From Phycisphaerae bacterium (lineage in GTDB: Bacteria; Planctomycetota; Phycisphaerae; UBA1845; Fen-1342), in the NCBI GenBank assembly GCA_030428945.1, contig JAUIEC010000001.1, forward strand, positions 156,438 to 220,437: a stretch of DNA of 64,000 nucleotides, written 5' to 3'. This document shows positions 7,382 to 16,994 of the stretch, piece after piece (position 1 is the first letter of the stretch; each line of letters starts with the position of its first letter). The notes under the pieces are model-generated. The model worked only from the letters and a program-made list of their open reading frames with translations. It had not been told where the DNA came from and made no database searches. Made by a program: the position numbers and the translations under genes.

Positions 7382-9142
7382 TCAGTGACACGCCCGGCCG
7401 AAGTTGCGCAGCAGGAGTGCCAGGTCGCTCAGTCCGACCAGGCCGTCGGCGTCGAAGTCGCCTTCGCCGGGGCCGGCGGCCGGTCCGCCGAAGCGCACCA
7501 GCAGTTGCTCGAGGTCGTCGAGCGCGATCGACAGGTCGCCGTTCGTGTCGCCGGCGCAGGGCTCGGTCACGAGGATCCGCTGGTTCAGCGGCACGTCGGT
7601 CAGGCGCTGCGTCAGTCCGCTGGCCGGCCAGGTCACCCGGACCTCGGCGACGCTCGTCACTTCGCGGTCGAAGCCGAAGTGCGCGATCGGTTCGTTCTGC
7701 GACAGGAAGTTGTTGCCGCCGGTCATCTCGTGCATCTGGACCGGGCTGTCGGCCGTGGCCTGCACGCGGATCCGGGCGCCGAGTCCGGCCGAGTTGGTCA
7801 GCGTGCCGCGCAGGGCGACCTGGAGCCAGTCGCGCTGATTGCCGCCGTCGTTGCGGTACAGAACCGGCATCTCGAGGTTGTTGGCGATGACGATGTCCTG
7901 GTCGCCGTCGCGGTCGTAGTCCAGCACCGCCAGGCCCTTGCCGCTGCGATCGTCGTCAAAGCCGAGGGCCGCGCCGGTCTCGTTCATCAGGCCGCCGCCG
8001 ATGTTCTCCCACAGTCGCACCGGGGTGATGTTGAACAGGTTCTCGATGAACGTGTACGGGTAATTCACCCCGTTGGTCATCGCCAGGTCGAGGTCGCCGT
8101 CGTTGTCGTAGTCGAGGAACGAAGCGCCCCAGCCCCAGTCGCCGTCCCGGGTGGTCGTCACATCGGTGTAGTCCGAGAACAGCGAATCGCCCTCGTTGCG
8201 ATAGAAGCGGTTCCCCGTGGTCCCCCACAGGCCGACCTGGTCGTCCCAGATCGACGTGACGAACCAGTCCAGGTCGCCGTCGTGGTCGTAGTCGCCGAGG
8301 GCCGAGCCCATTCCGTTCTCGTCGGTGCCAAGCTGACCCGCCACCGTCCGGTCACTGAAGGTTCCGTCACGCTCATTGCGGTAGTAGCGGCTCGTCAGGA
8401 AATCGCCGGCCGTCACCAGGTCGACCCAGCCGTCGTTGTCCATGTCCGCGAAACTGCCGGACCAGCCGAACACTTCGCGGCCGCCGATCCGTCCGAACAC
8501 GTTGGCCGCCTCGGTCACCTCGGTGAAGTGTCCGCTGCCGTCGTTCTGGAACAGGGCGTTACCGGGGTCCGTGAAGGACCACTCCCAGACCACCAGGTCC
8601 AGGTCGCCATCCAGGTCGTAGTCGCCGAAGGCCGAACTCGAGTAGTAGCGGTCCTCGCCGCCCGCCATCGCCACGCCCCGGGCGGCCGCGTCCTCGGTGA
8701 AGGTTCCGTCGCCGTTGTTGATGTACAGCAGGTTGACCCCGTTGCGGCGGAAGACGGTCACGTACAGGTCCGGCCAGCCGTCGTTGTTGACGTCGCCCCA
8801 CATGCCGCCGGCGCTGCGTCCGCTGAAGTCGACGCCGGCCGTCGCGGCGACATCCTCGAAGGTCCCGTCGCCGAGGTTCCGCCACAGGCTGTTGGGGGTC
8901 AGCAGGCGGGTGACGTACAGGTCGGTCCAGCCGTCCTGGTCGAAGTCGCCGGCCGAGACGCCCGCGACCATGTACCAGTAGTCGACTTCGCCGGGCTGGT
9001 TCGGCAGCACGCCGTCCCAGTGCATGACCTCGATGCCGGCGGCGGCGGTCACATCGGTGAAGCCGACCGGTGTGGGATCCAGCGCCAGGCCCGGAACGGC
9101 CGGCGCGAGCAGCGCAATCGAACTCAGAACGATCCGCCTCAT
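7382..9142 (-). CDS. FG-GAP repeat / ASPIC-UnbV (CRTAC1-like) secreted protein with a C-terminal dockerin-like domain (tandem paralog)
   Basis: Co-linear similarity to 5388-7160 (GVDFSGRS..GDVNNDGW.DLY, UnbV-like RVTWPASG). Signal peptide MRRIVLSSIALLAPAVPGLA. Followed by a GGGAGCGA tract at 7344-7381. Confidence 0.8.
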   Translation of the reverse strand: MRRIVLSSIALLAPAVPGLALDPTPVGFTDVTAAAGIEVMHWDGVLPNQPGEVDYWYMVAGVSAGDFDQDGWTDLYVTRLLTPNSLWRNLGDGTFEDVAATAGVDFSGRSAGGMWGDVNNDGWPDLYVTVFRRNGVNLLYINNGDGTFTEDAAARGVAMAGGEDRYYSSSAFGDYDLDGDLDLVVWEWSFTDPGNALFQNDGSGHFTEVTEAANVFGRIGGREVFGWSGSFADMDNDGWVDLVTAGDFLTSRYYRNERDGTFSDRTVAGQLGTDENGMGSALGDYDHDGDLDWFVTSIWDDQVGLWGTTGNRFYRNEGDSLFSDYTDVTTTRDGDWGWGASFLDYDNDGDLDLAMTNGVNYPYTFIENLFNITPVRLWENIGGGLMNETGAALGFDDDRSGKGLAVLDYDRDGDQDIVIANNLEMPVLYRNDGGNQRDWLQVALRGTLTNSAGLGARIRVQATADSPVQMHEMTGGNNFLSQNEPIAHFGFDREVTSVAEVRVTWPASGLTQRLTDVPLNQRILVTEPCAGDTNGDLSIALDDLEQLLVRFGGPAAGPGEGDFDADGLVGLSDLALLLRNFGRACH

Positions 9143-9399
9143 TGCGGCAACTCCCTCGCGGACAGCAGGATGCTGACAGATTGGTCCCCCGGAACCACCT
9201 GATCCTAGTCGCCGAAACGAGGCGGCAGCAAGCGGAAAAGGGGCGCGGGAGACAGGGGCCCGGTCGGCGGCGCCATCCCGCGGACCTGGCCCCGCCCGAG
9301 GCGTACCGGGACCGGGACCAGCCGCCTGGATCCGTGCCGGGTCGATCTTCTCGGACCCCCGGCGGGGTGCGAGGCGGCGGCGCCGATCGATCCCGGCGT

Positions 9400-11508
9400 T
9401 CAGTCGTGGTCCGGTAACGTCCGGGGCCAGTAGCGGAGGTCGCCGCTGTCGTTCGAGCGGTCGTAGTCCAGTCCGCCGTCGTCCAGCATGTCGGGACCGG
9501 CCGAGTAGAGCGAAAAGCCGTCGCCTTCGAGCCGGTAGATCATCGGCTGGTTGGTGAAGGGATCGATCAGGTCCACGGCCTCGCCCAGTTCGTCGAGCGA
9601 CTGCGGCAGTTCCCCGACGGCCTGCTCGTACGCGCGAATCCGGGCGACGGCCCGGGCGGCCCGGCGGTTGGCCTCGCCGCGGGTGTACAGCATGCTGGCG
9701 CGGGTCAGCGACGGCGCCAGCACTCCGAGCACCGGGTTGGTCAGTCGCGTCGTCTGCAGTTCTTCCTCGATCGCCTGGAACATGGCGTGCGACGCCGGGT
9801 AGTCGGCCGTCGCCGCGAGCGTCATCTGGTCGTAGAAGTCGTCCGCGCCGTCGCGGATCTTCTCGAAGCCCTGCGCGCTGAGCGCCATGCCGACCGCGAA
9901 CATGCCCGCGTCCGGGCCCGAATCGCCGGCCAGCGAGGCGACGTTCGCGAACTCCCGCAGTCCGCCCGGTGCCAGCCGGTAGCCGTCGTACTCGTCGTGC
10001 TCGTACAGGCGCTGGATCTCGTCCATCATCGCCGCCCGCTCGAACTGGATCGTCTGCGAGAACGGGCGCATCGGCACCTGGTAATCGTCGTACTGCGCGA
10101 ACTGGGCGACGTAGTCGATCTGACCGTCGACATCCTTCGCGTACAGATCCAGCAGCGCATCGGTGGCCAGGTGTTCGACGGCCACGCCGACCAGTCCCTC
10201 GATCAGGGTCGTGCCGCGGCCGGTCTGTCCGCCGCTGCGGAGGGTCATCAGGTACTCGCGCGAGGCGGCCTCGTAGTCGCCGGCGACTTCCTGCTGCTTG
10301 CCGAGAATGACCTGGGCCCGGGCCAGGTTGCGAATCTTGCTGAGCGTCGGCAGCAGCACGCCGATCAGCCGCGTGTCCTCCGGATCGCCGGTCCGCAGGT
10401 CGTAGCCGGTGAAGTCATGCATGCCGGCTTCGCGCAGCAGGGCGATGCCATCGACGTTCCGGTCCAGCCAGCTCAGGATGTCCGGGTCCGCCAGTGTCTG
10501 CGGGTTCCCGGCCATCGCTTCGGCGAAGAAGTCCGGATCCATGTCGAATTCCGGCGTGGCTTCGGCCGCCTGTTCAAACAGGTCGGCCGCCGTGCCGGCG
10601 TTCGTGTGCGTGTTCATCCAGTCGATGTAGTTGACCCAGTCGCCCGGCCGGGGGTCCGGCAGGTCATCGACGGGGCGCGGCAGTTCGCGCAGCGCCGCGT
10701 CGGGGCTCGGGCTGTCGAGCCAGTTGAGGACCCGCCACGCCCAGGAGCGCTCGGGCGGGTCGGCCTGGTTCGGATCTTCCGGGTCGGAATCGGCCATCCG
10801 CATGTCGAGCATGGCCGGAGGGCCGTTCGGATCACCGCCGGCCAGCAGCGCGGCCAGTTGCTCGGACATTTCGCTGGCGCTGAGCATCTCCATCAGCGTC
10901 AGCAGCGGGTCCTTCGGATCGGCCTGCATCTCGGTCGCCGGCGTGACGAGTTCGCGGGTTGCCGGTCCGTGGCTCTCGATCAGTTCCAGCCGCTCCAGGT
11001 CCACGCGAATCTCGCGCCCGTTCTCCAGCACGATGACGAAGTGCGGCGCGTGGGCGTCGAAGCCGACCTGCCTGGCGCCGTGCCGCCAGTCGAGCGATTC
11101 GCCGCGGCGCTCGACGTTCAGCAGTTCACCCGGGTCGAGCAGTTCGTCGAGGGCCCATTCGCGTCCGGGCTCGCCGTCTTCGAGGTAGACCACCAGCGTG
11201 TGGGCCGCACCGCCCATCCGGTACTCGTCGAGCGTGACCACCCACCGGCCGCTGTCGTGGACGAACGCCGCCAGCGGGGCGATCTCGTTGACCAGTTCGA
11301 CCTCCCACTTCGTCTCGGGCCGTTTGCCGCGGGCGCGGTACTGAAGCGTGGCCCGGCACGCTGTTCCGGTTGTCTCGCCGCCGCGACCCGGCGTGACCCG
11401 CAGGCGGTACTCCTTGCTGGCCGAGTAGGCCTGGCGCACCGGGGCGGCGTCGGGTCCCTGGGTGACAAGCAGCGCAGCGGCACACAACAGAACGGCGAAG
11501 GTTGGCAT
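9400..11508 (-). CDS. Secreted hypothetical protein (~700 aa)
   Basis: GGAG located 9 nt upstream of the ATG of MPTFAVLLCAAALLVTQG (signal peptide). The ORF track start at 11556 is probably too far 5'. No confident domain. The C-terminal DPFTNQPMIYR..GFSLYSAGPDMLDDGG is reminiscent of a GspG-type pseudopilin C-terminus (weak). Confidence 0.6.
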   Translation of the reverse strand: MPTFAVLLCAAALLVTQGPDAAPVRQAYSASKEYRLRVTPGRGGETTGTACRATLQYRARGKRPETKWEVELVNEIAPLAAFVHDSGRWVVTLDEYRMGGAAHTLVVYLEDGEPGREWALDELLDPGELLNVERRGESLDWRHGARQVGFDAHAPHFVIVLENGREIRVDLERLELIESHGPATRELVTPATEMQADPKDPLLTLMEMLSASEMSEQLAALLAGGDPNGPPAMLDMRMADSDPEDPNQADPPERSWAWRVLNWLDSPSPDAALRELPRPVDDLPDPRPGDWVNYIDWMNTHTNAGTAADLFEQAAEATPEFDMDPDFFAEAMAGNPQTLADPDILSWLDRNVDGIALLREAGMHDFTGYDLRTGDPEDTRLIGVLLPTLSKIRNLARAQVILGKQQEVAGDYEAASREYLMTLRSGGQTGRGTTLIEGLVGVAVEHLATDALLDLYAKDVDGQIDYVAQFAQYDDYQVPMRPFSQTIQFERAAMMDEIQRLYEHDEYDGYRLAPGGLREFANVASLAGDSGPDAGMFAVGMALSAQGFEKIRDGADDFYDQMTLAATADYPASHAMFQAIEEELQTTRLTNPVLGVLAPSLTRASMLYTRGEANRRAARAVARIRAYEQAVGELPQSLDELGEAVDLIDPFTNQPMIYRLEGDGFSLYSAGPDMLDDGGLDYDRSNDSGDLRYWPRTLPDHD

Positions 11509-11638
11509 CGTTTCAATCTCCCCGAACCTGGTGGGTAGGACCGTTATGATACCCATCGGCGACGGCCAGTCGGCAACTTGTTCGACATCCCGCCGCCATG
11601 CCGTTGTCTGTTGTTATCACAGAGGTTAGGGAGCATCC

Positions 11639-12529
11639 ATGGCGAATCGCTGGCTGATCACCGGGGCTTCCGGCCAGCTTGGCGGGCACCTGGTCACGCA
11701 CCTGCGGCACCGACACCCGGACGAGCCCCTGCTGGCTCTGGCCGGACGGCAGCCTGTCCCGACCGCAGCCCCGGCCGACACGACCGTCCGCCGCATCCCG
11801 CTGACCGAACCGGGGAACCTGGCGCAGGCCGTGGCCGACTTCCGGCCGACGCATGTCATTCATACGGCCGCCCTGACCGCCGTCGGCGCCTGCCACGGGG
11901 ACCCCGATCTCGCCCGCCGCTGCAATGTCGACGCCACCGGGACGCTCGCCGACGCGGCCGGCGACTGTGGGGCTCGTTTTGTCTTCACCTCGACCGACAT
12001 GGTCTTTCGCGGCGACGGCGCGCCGTATGGCGAGCGCGACAGGCCCGACGCCGAGAGCGTTTACGGGCAATCGAAGATCGCGGCCGAGCGGGTGCTGGCG
12101 GGGCGGGACGGGGTTGCTGTCGTGCGGATTCCGCTGCTGTTCGGCCTGCCGGTCACGTCGCGGGATTCGACGTTCCGCGGTCAGCTTGCGGGCCTGCGTG
12201 CGGGGGAACCGCTGCGGATGTTCGCCGACGAGTGGCGGACGCCGGTGTCGCTGCGGGCGACGGCCGCGATCCTGCTGGGGCTGGCGGCGTCGGAGGAAGT
12301 CGGACTGTGGCACCTGGCGGGTCCGCGGCGGATGTCGCGCCTGGACCTGCTCCTGGCGGTGGCGGGTGTGCTGGGGCTTGGCACGGAGCATGTCGAGCCG
12401 ATTTCGCGGTTGTCGATTGACGGGCCGGAACCGCGGCCGGAGGACCTGAGCCTGGACGGCGCCCGCCTGGCGGCGCGGTTTCCGGATCTGCGACCCGGAC
12501 TGCCCGTGGCGGAGGATCTTGGGGCCTGA
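11639..12529 (+). CDS. NAD(P)-dependent epimerase/dehydratase, dTDP-4-dehydrorhamnose reductase (RmlD)-like
   Basis: Rossmann motif ITGASGQLG near the N-terminus and YGQSK (YxxxK). Length and architecture fit the RmlD/RfbD family. Confidence 0.7.
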   Translation: MANRWLITGASGQLGGHLVTHLRHRHPDEPLLALAGRQPVPTAAPADTTVRRIPLTEPGNLAQAVADFRPTHVIHTAALTAVGACHGDPDLARRCNVDATGTLADAAGDCGARFVFTSTDMVFRGDGAPYGERDRPDAESVYGQSKIAAERVLAGRDGVAVVRIPLLFGLPVTSRDSTFRGQLAGLRAGEPLRMFADEWRTPVSLRATAAILLGLAASEEVGLWHLAGPRRMSRLDLLLAVAGVLGLGTEHVEPISRLSIDGPEPRPEDLSLDGARLAARFPDLRPGLPVAEDLGA

Positions 12530-12544
12530 GGACCGCGCGGGGGT

Positions 12545-12990
12545 TACCGGCGGGACGCCAGTGTCTTCGCGGACCTTTAGATTCTGGATTTGTGGCACAG
12601 GCGTCTCGCCTGTGTCTTCCGGATAGGGTGCCCAATCACCGGCGGGACGCCGGTGCCACACAAGACAAGGCCGGTGCCACACAAGACACGGTGGCTCAGC
12701 GGAAGTTCAAGCTTGTGGCACTCCAAGCTTGTGCCATCCAAGCTGTGTGGCTGTGTGGCTGTGTGGCACAGGCGTCTCGCCTGTGTCTTCGCAGACCTTT
12801 AGATTTCTGGGTTTGTGGCACAGGCGTCCCGCCTGTGTCTTCCGGATAGGGTGCTCAATCACCGGCGGGACGCCGGTGCCACACAGGTCAAGGCCGGTGC
12901 CACACAAGGCCGGTTCCACAAGGGGGTCGGTGCTCAATCACCGGCGGGACGCCGGTGCCACACAAGACACGGCCGGTGCCACAGAAGGGT
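12545..12990. repeat. Two copies of a ~120-200-bp palindromic repeat (family E)
   Basis: Units gacctttagatt(t)ctgg(g/a)tttgtggcacaggcgtc(t/c)cgcctgtgtcttccggatagggtgc(c/t)caatcaccggcgggacgccggtgccacaca(a/g)g(a/t)caaggccggtgccacaca at ~12575-12690 and ~12790-12985. Internal perfect palindrome caccggcgggacgccggtg and near-palindrome ggcacaggcgNNcgcctgtg(t)c. Confidence 0.8.
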
Positions 12991-13138
12991 GGGCCGGGCA
13001 CGGGACCGGGCGCTTTGGCTTCCGCGCAGGCTCGCCAGCAGGTACACTTCCGTGTCAAGTATTTGGGGAGGACGATCCTCCGTTGTCTTCAGGCGCGGCC
13101 CCGTCGACGGGGACCCCATTGCTCAGCGAGGTGAATTC

Positions 13139-14593
13139 ATGCGCATTGCGCTCGTCAATCCGATTTCGCGTCGGAACCAGGGATACCACACGGTCGGCAG
13201 TTTCATCCCCCAACTGGGGCTGCAGGTGCTGGCCGAGCGGACCCCGGAAGGCCACCAGGTCGACATCATCGACGAGATCTTCGGGCCCGAGTACACCGAC
13301 AACCAGCTTGTCAAGAACGGCTACGACCTGGTCGGCATCACGGCCTACACCAGCGGGGCGACCCGCACCTACGAGATTGCCGCGATGTGCCGGGCGGCCG
13401 GGATTCCGACGATCATGGGCGGCCCGCACGCCTCGGCCTGCCCGGAGGAGGTCGGTGCCCACGTGGACTCGGTGGCGACGGGCGAGTGCGACGTGCTGTG
13501 GCCGAAGATCGTCGAGGATGCCAGCAAGGGCCGTCTGCAGCCGCGTTACTTCGGCGTGGCGCTGCCTGACCTGGAGAAGACCGGGCTGGGCCGGGCGGAA
13601 CAGCACCTTCAGCCGGTGAACGGCAAGTACGACGTCAGCGCGATTCAGACCTCGCGGGGCTGTCCGGTGGGCTGCGAGTACTGCTCGGTGACGAAGTTCA
13701 ACGGCGCGCCGATCCGTCGGCGGCGGATCGAGGACGTGCTGAAGGAATGGAACGAGACGCCGCAGCGGTTCCTGTTCGTCGTCGACGACAACTTCTTCGG
13801 CGTCGGCGAGAAGCACGCCGAGTGGGCCAAGGAGATGCTGCGCGAGATCATCAAGCGCGGCAAGAAGCGGCTCTGGTTCAGCCAGACGACGATCAACATG
13901 GGTGACGATCCCGAGGGCCTCGAACTGGCCTACAAGGCCGGCTGCCGCGGCATGCTGGTCGGCTTCGAGACCTTCAACCGCGAGTCGCTCAAGGACTACT
14001 CGAAGGGTATCAACCGCAAGAACCTGGACCGTTACCGCGAACTGATCGCCGGTTTCCACAAGGCCGGCATCGCCGTGTTCGGCGGGTTCATCATCGGGTC
14101 GGATCACGACACGCCCGAGACCGCCAGCGAGACGCTGCTGACGGCCGTGCGGATGGGGATCGACATCATCCAGGTCACGAACCTGACGCCGCTGCCCGGC
14201 ACGAAGATGTTCGACCGCTTCAAGGAGGAAGGCCGGCTGCGGGCGACCGAATACCCGGTCGACTGGGAGCGGTACTCGTTCACCGAGACCGTCTACCACC
14301 CCAAGCGGATGACGGCCGAGCAGCTTGACGAGGCGATCTACGAGGTTCGTCACGCGGCCGCCAGGCAGAGCTGGGTGATCAAGCGGGCCTTCCGGACGCT
14401 GGTGAAGACGCGTTCGCTGACGACGGCGCTGTTCGTCTACGGGATGAACCAGGGCTGGAAGCGGATGGCCAAGATCCAGGCGCCGAAGGACGCGGAGCGG
14501 TACGGGATCGCGCCGACCTCGTCGGCCCGTTTCCAGCGGGTGCTCGAGTCGTTCCGGCTGCACCTGCGCGGGCACGATCTCGAGGCGGTCTAG
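13139..14593 (+). CDS. B12-binding domain radical SAM protein (class B radical SAM)
   Basis: The N-terminal cobalamin-binding-like domain (MRIALVNPISRRNQGY...GYDLVGITAYTSGA) is followed by the CxxxxCxxC-type cluster motif SRGCPVGCEYC. The start was moved to the ATG at 13139 because the upstream part of ORF 12815-14593 reads through repeat DNA. Confidence 0.8.
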   Translation: MRIALVNPISRRNQGYHTVGSFIPQLGLQVLAERTPEGHQVDIIDEIFGPEYTDNQLVKNGYDLVGITAYTSGATRTYEIAAMCRAAGIPTIMGGPHASACPEEVGAHVDSVATGECDVLWPKIVEDASKGRLQPRYFGVALPDLEKTGLGRAEQHLQPVNGKYDVSAIQTSRGCPVGCEYCSVTKFNGAPIRRRRIEDVLKEWNETPQRFLFVVDDNFFGVGEKHAEWAKEMLREIIKRGKKRLWFSQTTINMGDDPEGLELAYKAGCRGMLVGFETFNRESLKDYSKGINRKNLDRYRELIAGFHKAGIAVFGGFIIGSDHDTPETASETLLTAVRMGIDIIQVTNLTPLPGTKMFDRFKEEGRLRATEYPVDWERYSFTETVYHPKRMTAEQLDEAIYEVRHAAARQSWVIKRAFRTLVKTRSLTTALFVYGMNQGWKRMAKIQAPKDAERYGIAPTSSARFQRVLESFRLHLRGHDLEAV

Positions 14594-14595
14594 CC

Positions 14596-14922
14596 ATGTC
14601 GGTCCCGCAGGTCAGCCCGCAGGATGTGCACACCAGGATGCAGCAGCAGGCGGCGGACTTCGTCCTGCTGGACTGCCGCCAGGCGCACGAGGTCGCCTTC
14701 GCCTCGATCGAGGGCGCGGTGCATATCCCGATGGACGAGTTGCCCGACCGGCTGGGCGAACTGGACAAGGCGGCCGAGGTGGTCGTGATGTGCCACCACG
14801 GCGTCCGCAGCATGGCCGTGGCCGGCTTCCTGCGGGAATCCGGCTACGAGCGGGTCTCCAGCATGAGCGGTGGCATCCACGGCTGGTCGCAGGCGGTCGA
14901 CGCGAGCGTACCCCAGTACTGA
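14596..14922 (+). CDS. Single-domain rhodanese-like sulfurtransferase (GlpE-like)
   Basis: Active-site loop CHHGVRS with the catalytic Cys. 108-aa size. Three bp downstream of the radical SAM stop. Confidence 0.85.
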   Translation: MSVPQVSPQDVHTRMQQQAADFVLLDCRQAHEVAFASIEGAVHIPMDELPDRLGELDKAAEVVVMCHHGVRSMAVAGFLRESGYERVSSMSGGIHGWSQAVDASVPQY

Positions 14923-15054
14923 CGCGCAGCAGGCAAGTGAGCAGGTAAGCAGGGTCGGGGGGCGCGGCCTCTTCCCGGCCTGGCTCCTTCGCTCCCTGAT
15001 CCCCGGCTCCCTTCCCGGGCTATAGTACTTCCGGCGAAACAACGGAGAACGCAC

Positions 15055-16026
15055 GTGGCTGAGAAGACGGAAAAGGTGATCATCATCGGATCGGGGCCGG
15101 CCGGGCTGACGGCGGCGATTTACGCCGCGCGGGCCAACCTGGAGCCGCTGATGTTCGAGGGGTTTAACGCCGGCGGGCTGATCCCCGGCGGGCAGTTGAT
15201 GTTCACGACCGACGTCGAGAACTACCCCGGATTCCCCGAGGGAATCATGGGGCCGCAGATGATGATGAAGTTCCGCGAGCAGGCCGAGCGTTTCGGCACG
15301 CGCTTCATTCGCGAGGACGTCCGCGAGGTCGATTTCTCGAAAGGCCCGTTCCGCGTCAGCAGCGACGAGCACACCGAGCATGCCCACGCCGTGATCATCT
15401 CGACCGGGGCGCGGGCGAACTGGCTCGAACTCGAGAACGAGCAGCGGCTCGCCAAGAGCGGCGGCGGCGTCTCGGCCTGCGCGGTCTGCGACGGCGCCCT
15501 GCCCGCGTTCCGCAACCAGGAACTGGTCGTGGTCGGCGGCGGCGATTCGGCCGTCGAGGAGGCCAGCTTCCTGACCAAGTTCGCCAGCAAGGTTCACCTG
15601 ATCCACCGCCGCGACGAACTGCGGGCCAGCAAGATCATGCAGGAGCGGGCCTTCAAGCTGCGGGACGAGGGCAAGATCGAGATCGTCTGGGACAGCCAGG
15701 TCATCGAGGTGCTGGGCGACGAGACGATCTCGGCCGTGATGCTGAAGAACACGAAGACCGGTGACGAGCGCAAGCTGCCGTGCAAGGGCATGTTCCTGGC
15801 GATCGGACACACCCCGAACACCGAGATCTTCGGCGACCAGATCGACCTGCACGAGAACCGCTACATCAAGGTCAAACCCGGTACCAGCCTGACCAGCGTC
15901 GAAGGTGTCTTCGCGTCCGGCGACGTGGTCGACTTCACCTACCGGCAGGCCGTGACCGCGGCCGGGACCGGCTGCATGGCCGCGCTCGACGCCGAGCGCT
16001 GGCTGGCGGCCAGGGGGATCGAGTAG
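15055..16026 (+). CDS. trxB: Thioredoxin-disulfide reductase
   Basis: FAD motif IIGSGPAGLTAAIYAAR, redox-active CAVC, NADPH motif VVGGGDSAVEEA. GTG start with aacggagaa RBS. Confidence 0.95.
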   Translation: MAEKTEKVIIIGSGPAGLTAAIYAARANLEPLMFEGFNAGGLIPGGQLMFTTDVENYPGFPEGIMGPQMMMKFREQAERFGTRFIREDVREVDFSKGPFRVSSDEHTEHAHAVIISTGARANWLELENEQRLAKSGGGVSACAVCDGALPAFRNQELVVVGGGDSAVEEASFLTKFASKVHLIHRRDELRASKIMQERAFKLRDEGKIEIVWDSQVIEVLGDETISAVMLKNTKTGDERKLPCKGMFLAIGHTPNTEIFGDQIDLHENRYIKVKPGTSLTSVEGVFASGDVVDFTYRQAVTAAGTGCMAALDAERWLAARGIE

Positions 16027-16080
16027 ACCTGCGGAAGATGTTCCACGCGAACGAGCGACCGCACAACGGGAGTTGTCACC

Positions 16081-16743
16081 ATGCGCATCCTTTCGGCCGT
16101 ACTGCTCCTGTTGCTGGCGTCGGGCTGCGCGCGTGACGTGCGCGTCGAGGAGGCCGAGGTGCAGCGGCCGGCGTGGATGTCGCGGTTGCCGGCCTGGGCG
16201 GGTGCCGAACGGGTCGATCGCCAGTCGGACTGGGTGGTCGACCTGGACTTCCGGGTGCTGGTCGGCCAGGACGCGATCGAGGCGATCGCGACGCTGCTGG
16301 ACCTGCGGACCGACGGCGAGCGGATCATCACCGGCGGCCAGCGCGACGCGATCGAGACCCTGGCGCTGCTCGAAGCCGAGGCCGAGGCCCTGGCGGCGCC
16401 GCGCCTGTCGGTCTTTGAACAGCAGCCCGCCTGGCTGGCGCTGACGGCCAGCGCGGAGCGTGGCCTGCGGATGACCGCGCTGGTTGACCAGGTCAGCGGC
16501 AGCGCCGCCCGCGTGCGCTACGAGATCCTCTTCGTCCGCGGCAACGATCCCCAGGCGGCGGGTACCTGGCGCCTCGAGGGGACCCGGCGACTGCGCGTCG
16601 GGCAGAGTCTGCTGCGTCTGCAGCGGGTTCCGGACACCGGGCGGAGCGTCCTGACGGCGATGACGCTCCGTCGCATCGTTCCGGCGGAATCCGTCGCACC
16701 ACCCGCCGAGCCCGCACCGACCACCGCCCCGGCGTCCGAGTAG
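16081..16743 (+). CDS. Lipoprotein, hypothetical
   Basis: Signal peptide with lipobox MRILSAVLLLLLASGCA. Codon bias coding-like. Confidence 0.55.
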   Translation: MRILSAVLLLLLASGCARDVRVEEAEVQRPAWMSRLPAWAGAERVDRQSDWVVDLDFRVLVGQDAIEAIATLLDLRTDGERIITGGQRDAIETLALLEAEAEALAAPRLSVFEQQPAWLALTASAERGLRMTALVDQVSGSAARVRYEILFVRGNDPQAAGTWRLEGTRRLRVGQSLLRLQRVPDTGRSVLTAMTLRRIVPAESVAPPAEPAPTTAPASE

Positions 16744-16994
16744 CCTGCGCCGTCCCGGCGTCAGCGCGTCGAACATCGTCGCGGCCGGAACACTGCCTGG
16801 CAGGTGCGTTGCCGCGCGCCGGCCCCGCGCTTTCCGAGGGGGCGGGATCGCCTTCTGACGGGCCGGAACGCGGTTTTCGCGTCGCTTCCCTCCGATTTCC
16901 GACCCTGTCGGCCGCCGACGTCGCACTGGCCTCTGCTGGGCGGGGCTGGCAGAACCCGCCGTGATCCGCTGATCCGCACTCGGAGGCTACCGCT

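Noticed and set aside
12545-13138. A cobalamin riboswitch or a RiPP precursor peptide upstream of the B12-radical SAM gene.
   Set aside because: No B12-box-like conserved core is visible. The small ORFs are duplicated only because the underlying DNA palindromes are duplicated. They have no RBS and no leader/core architecture.
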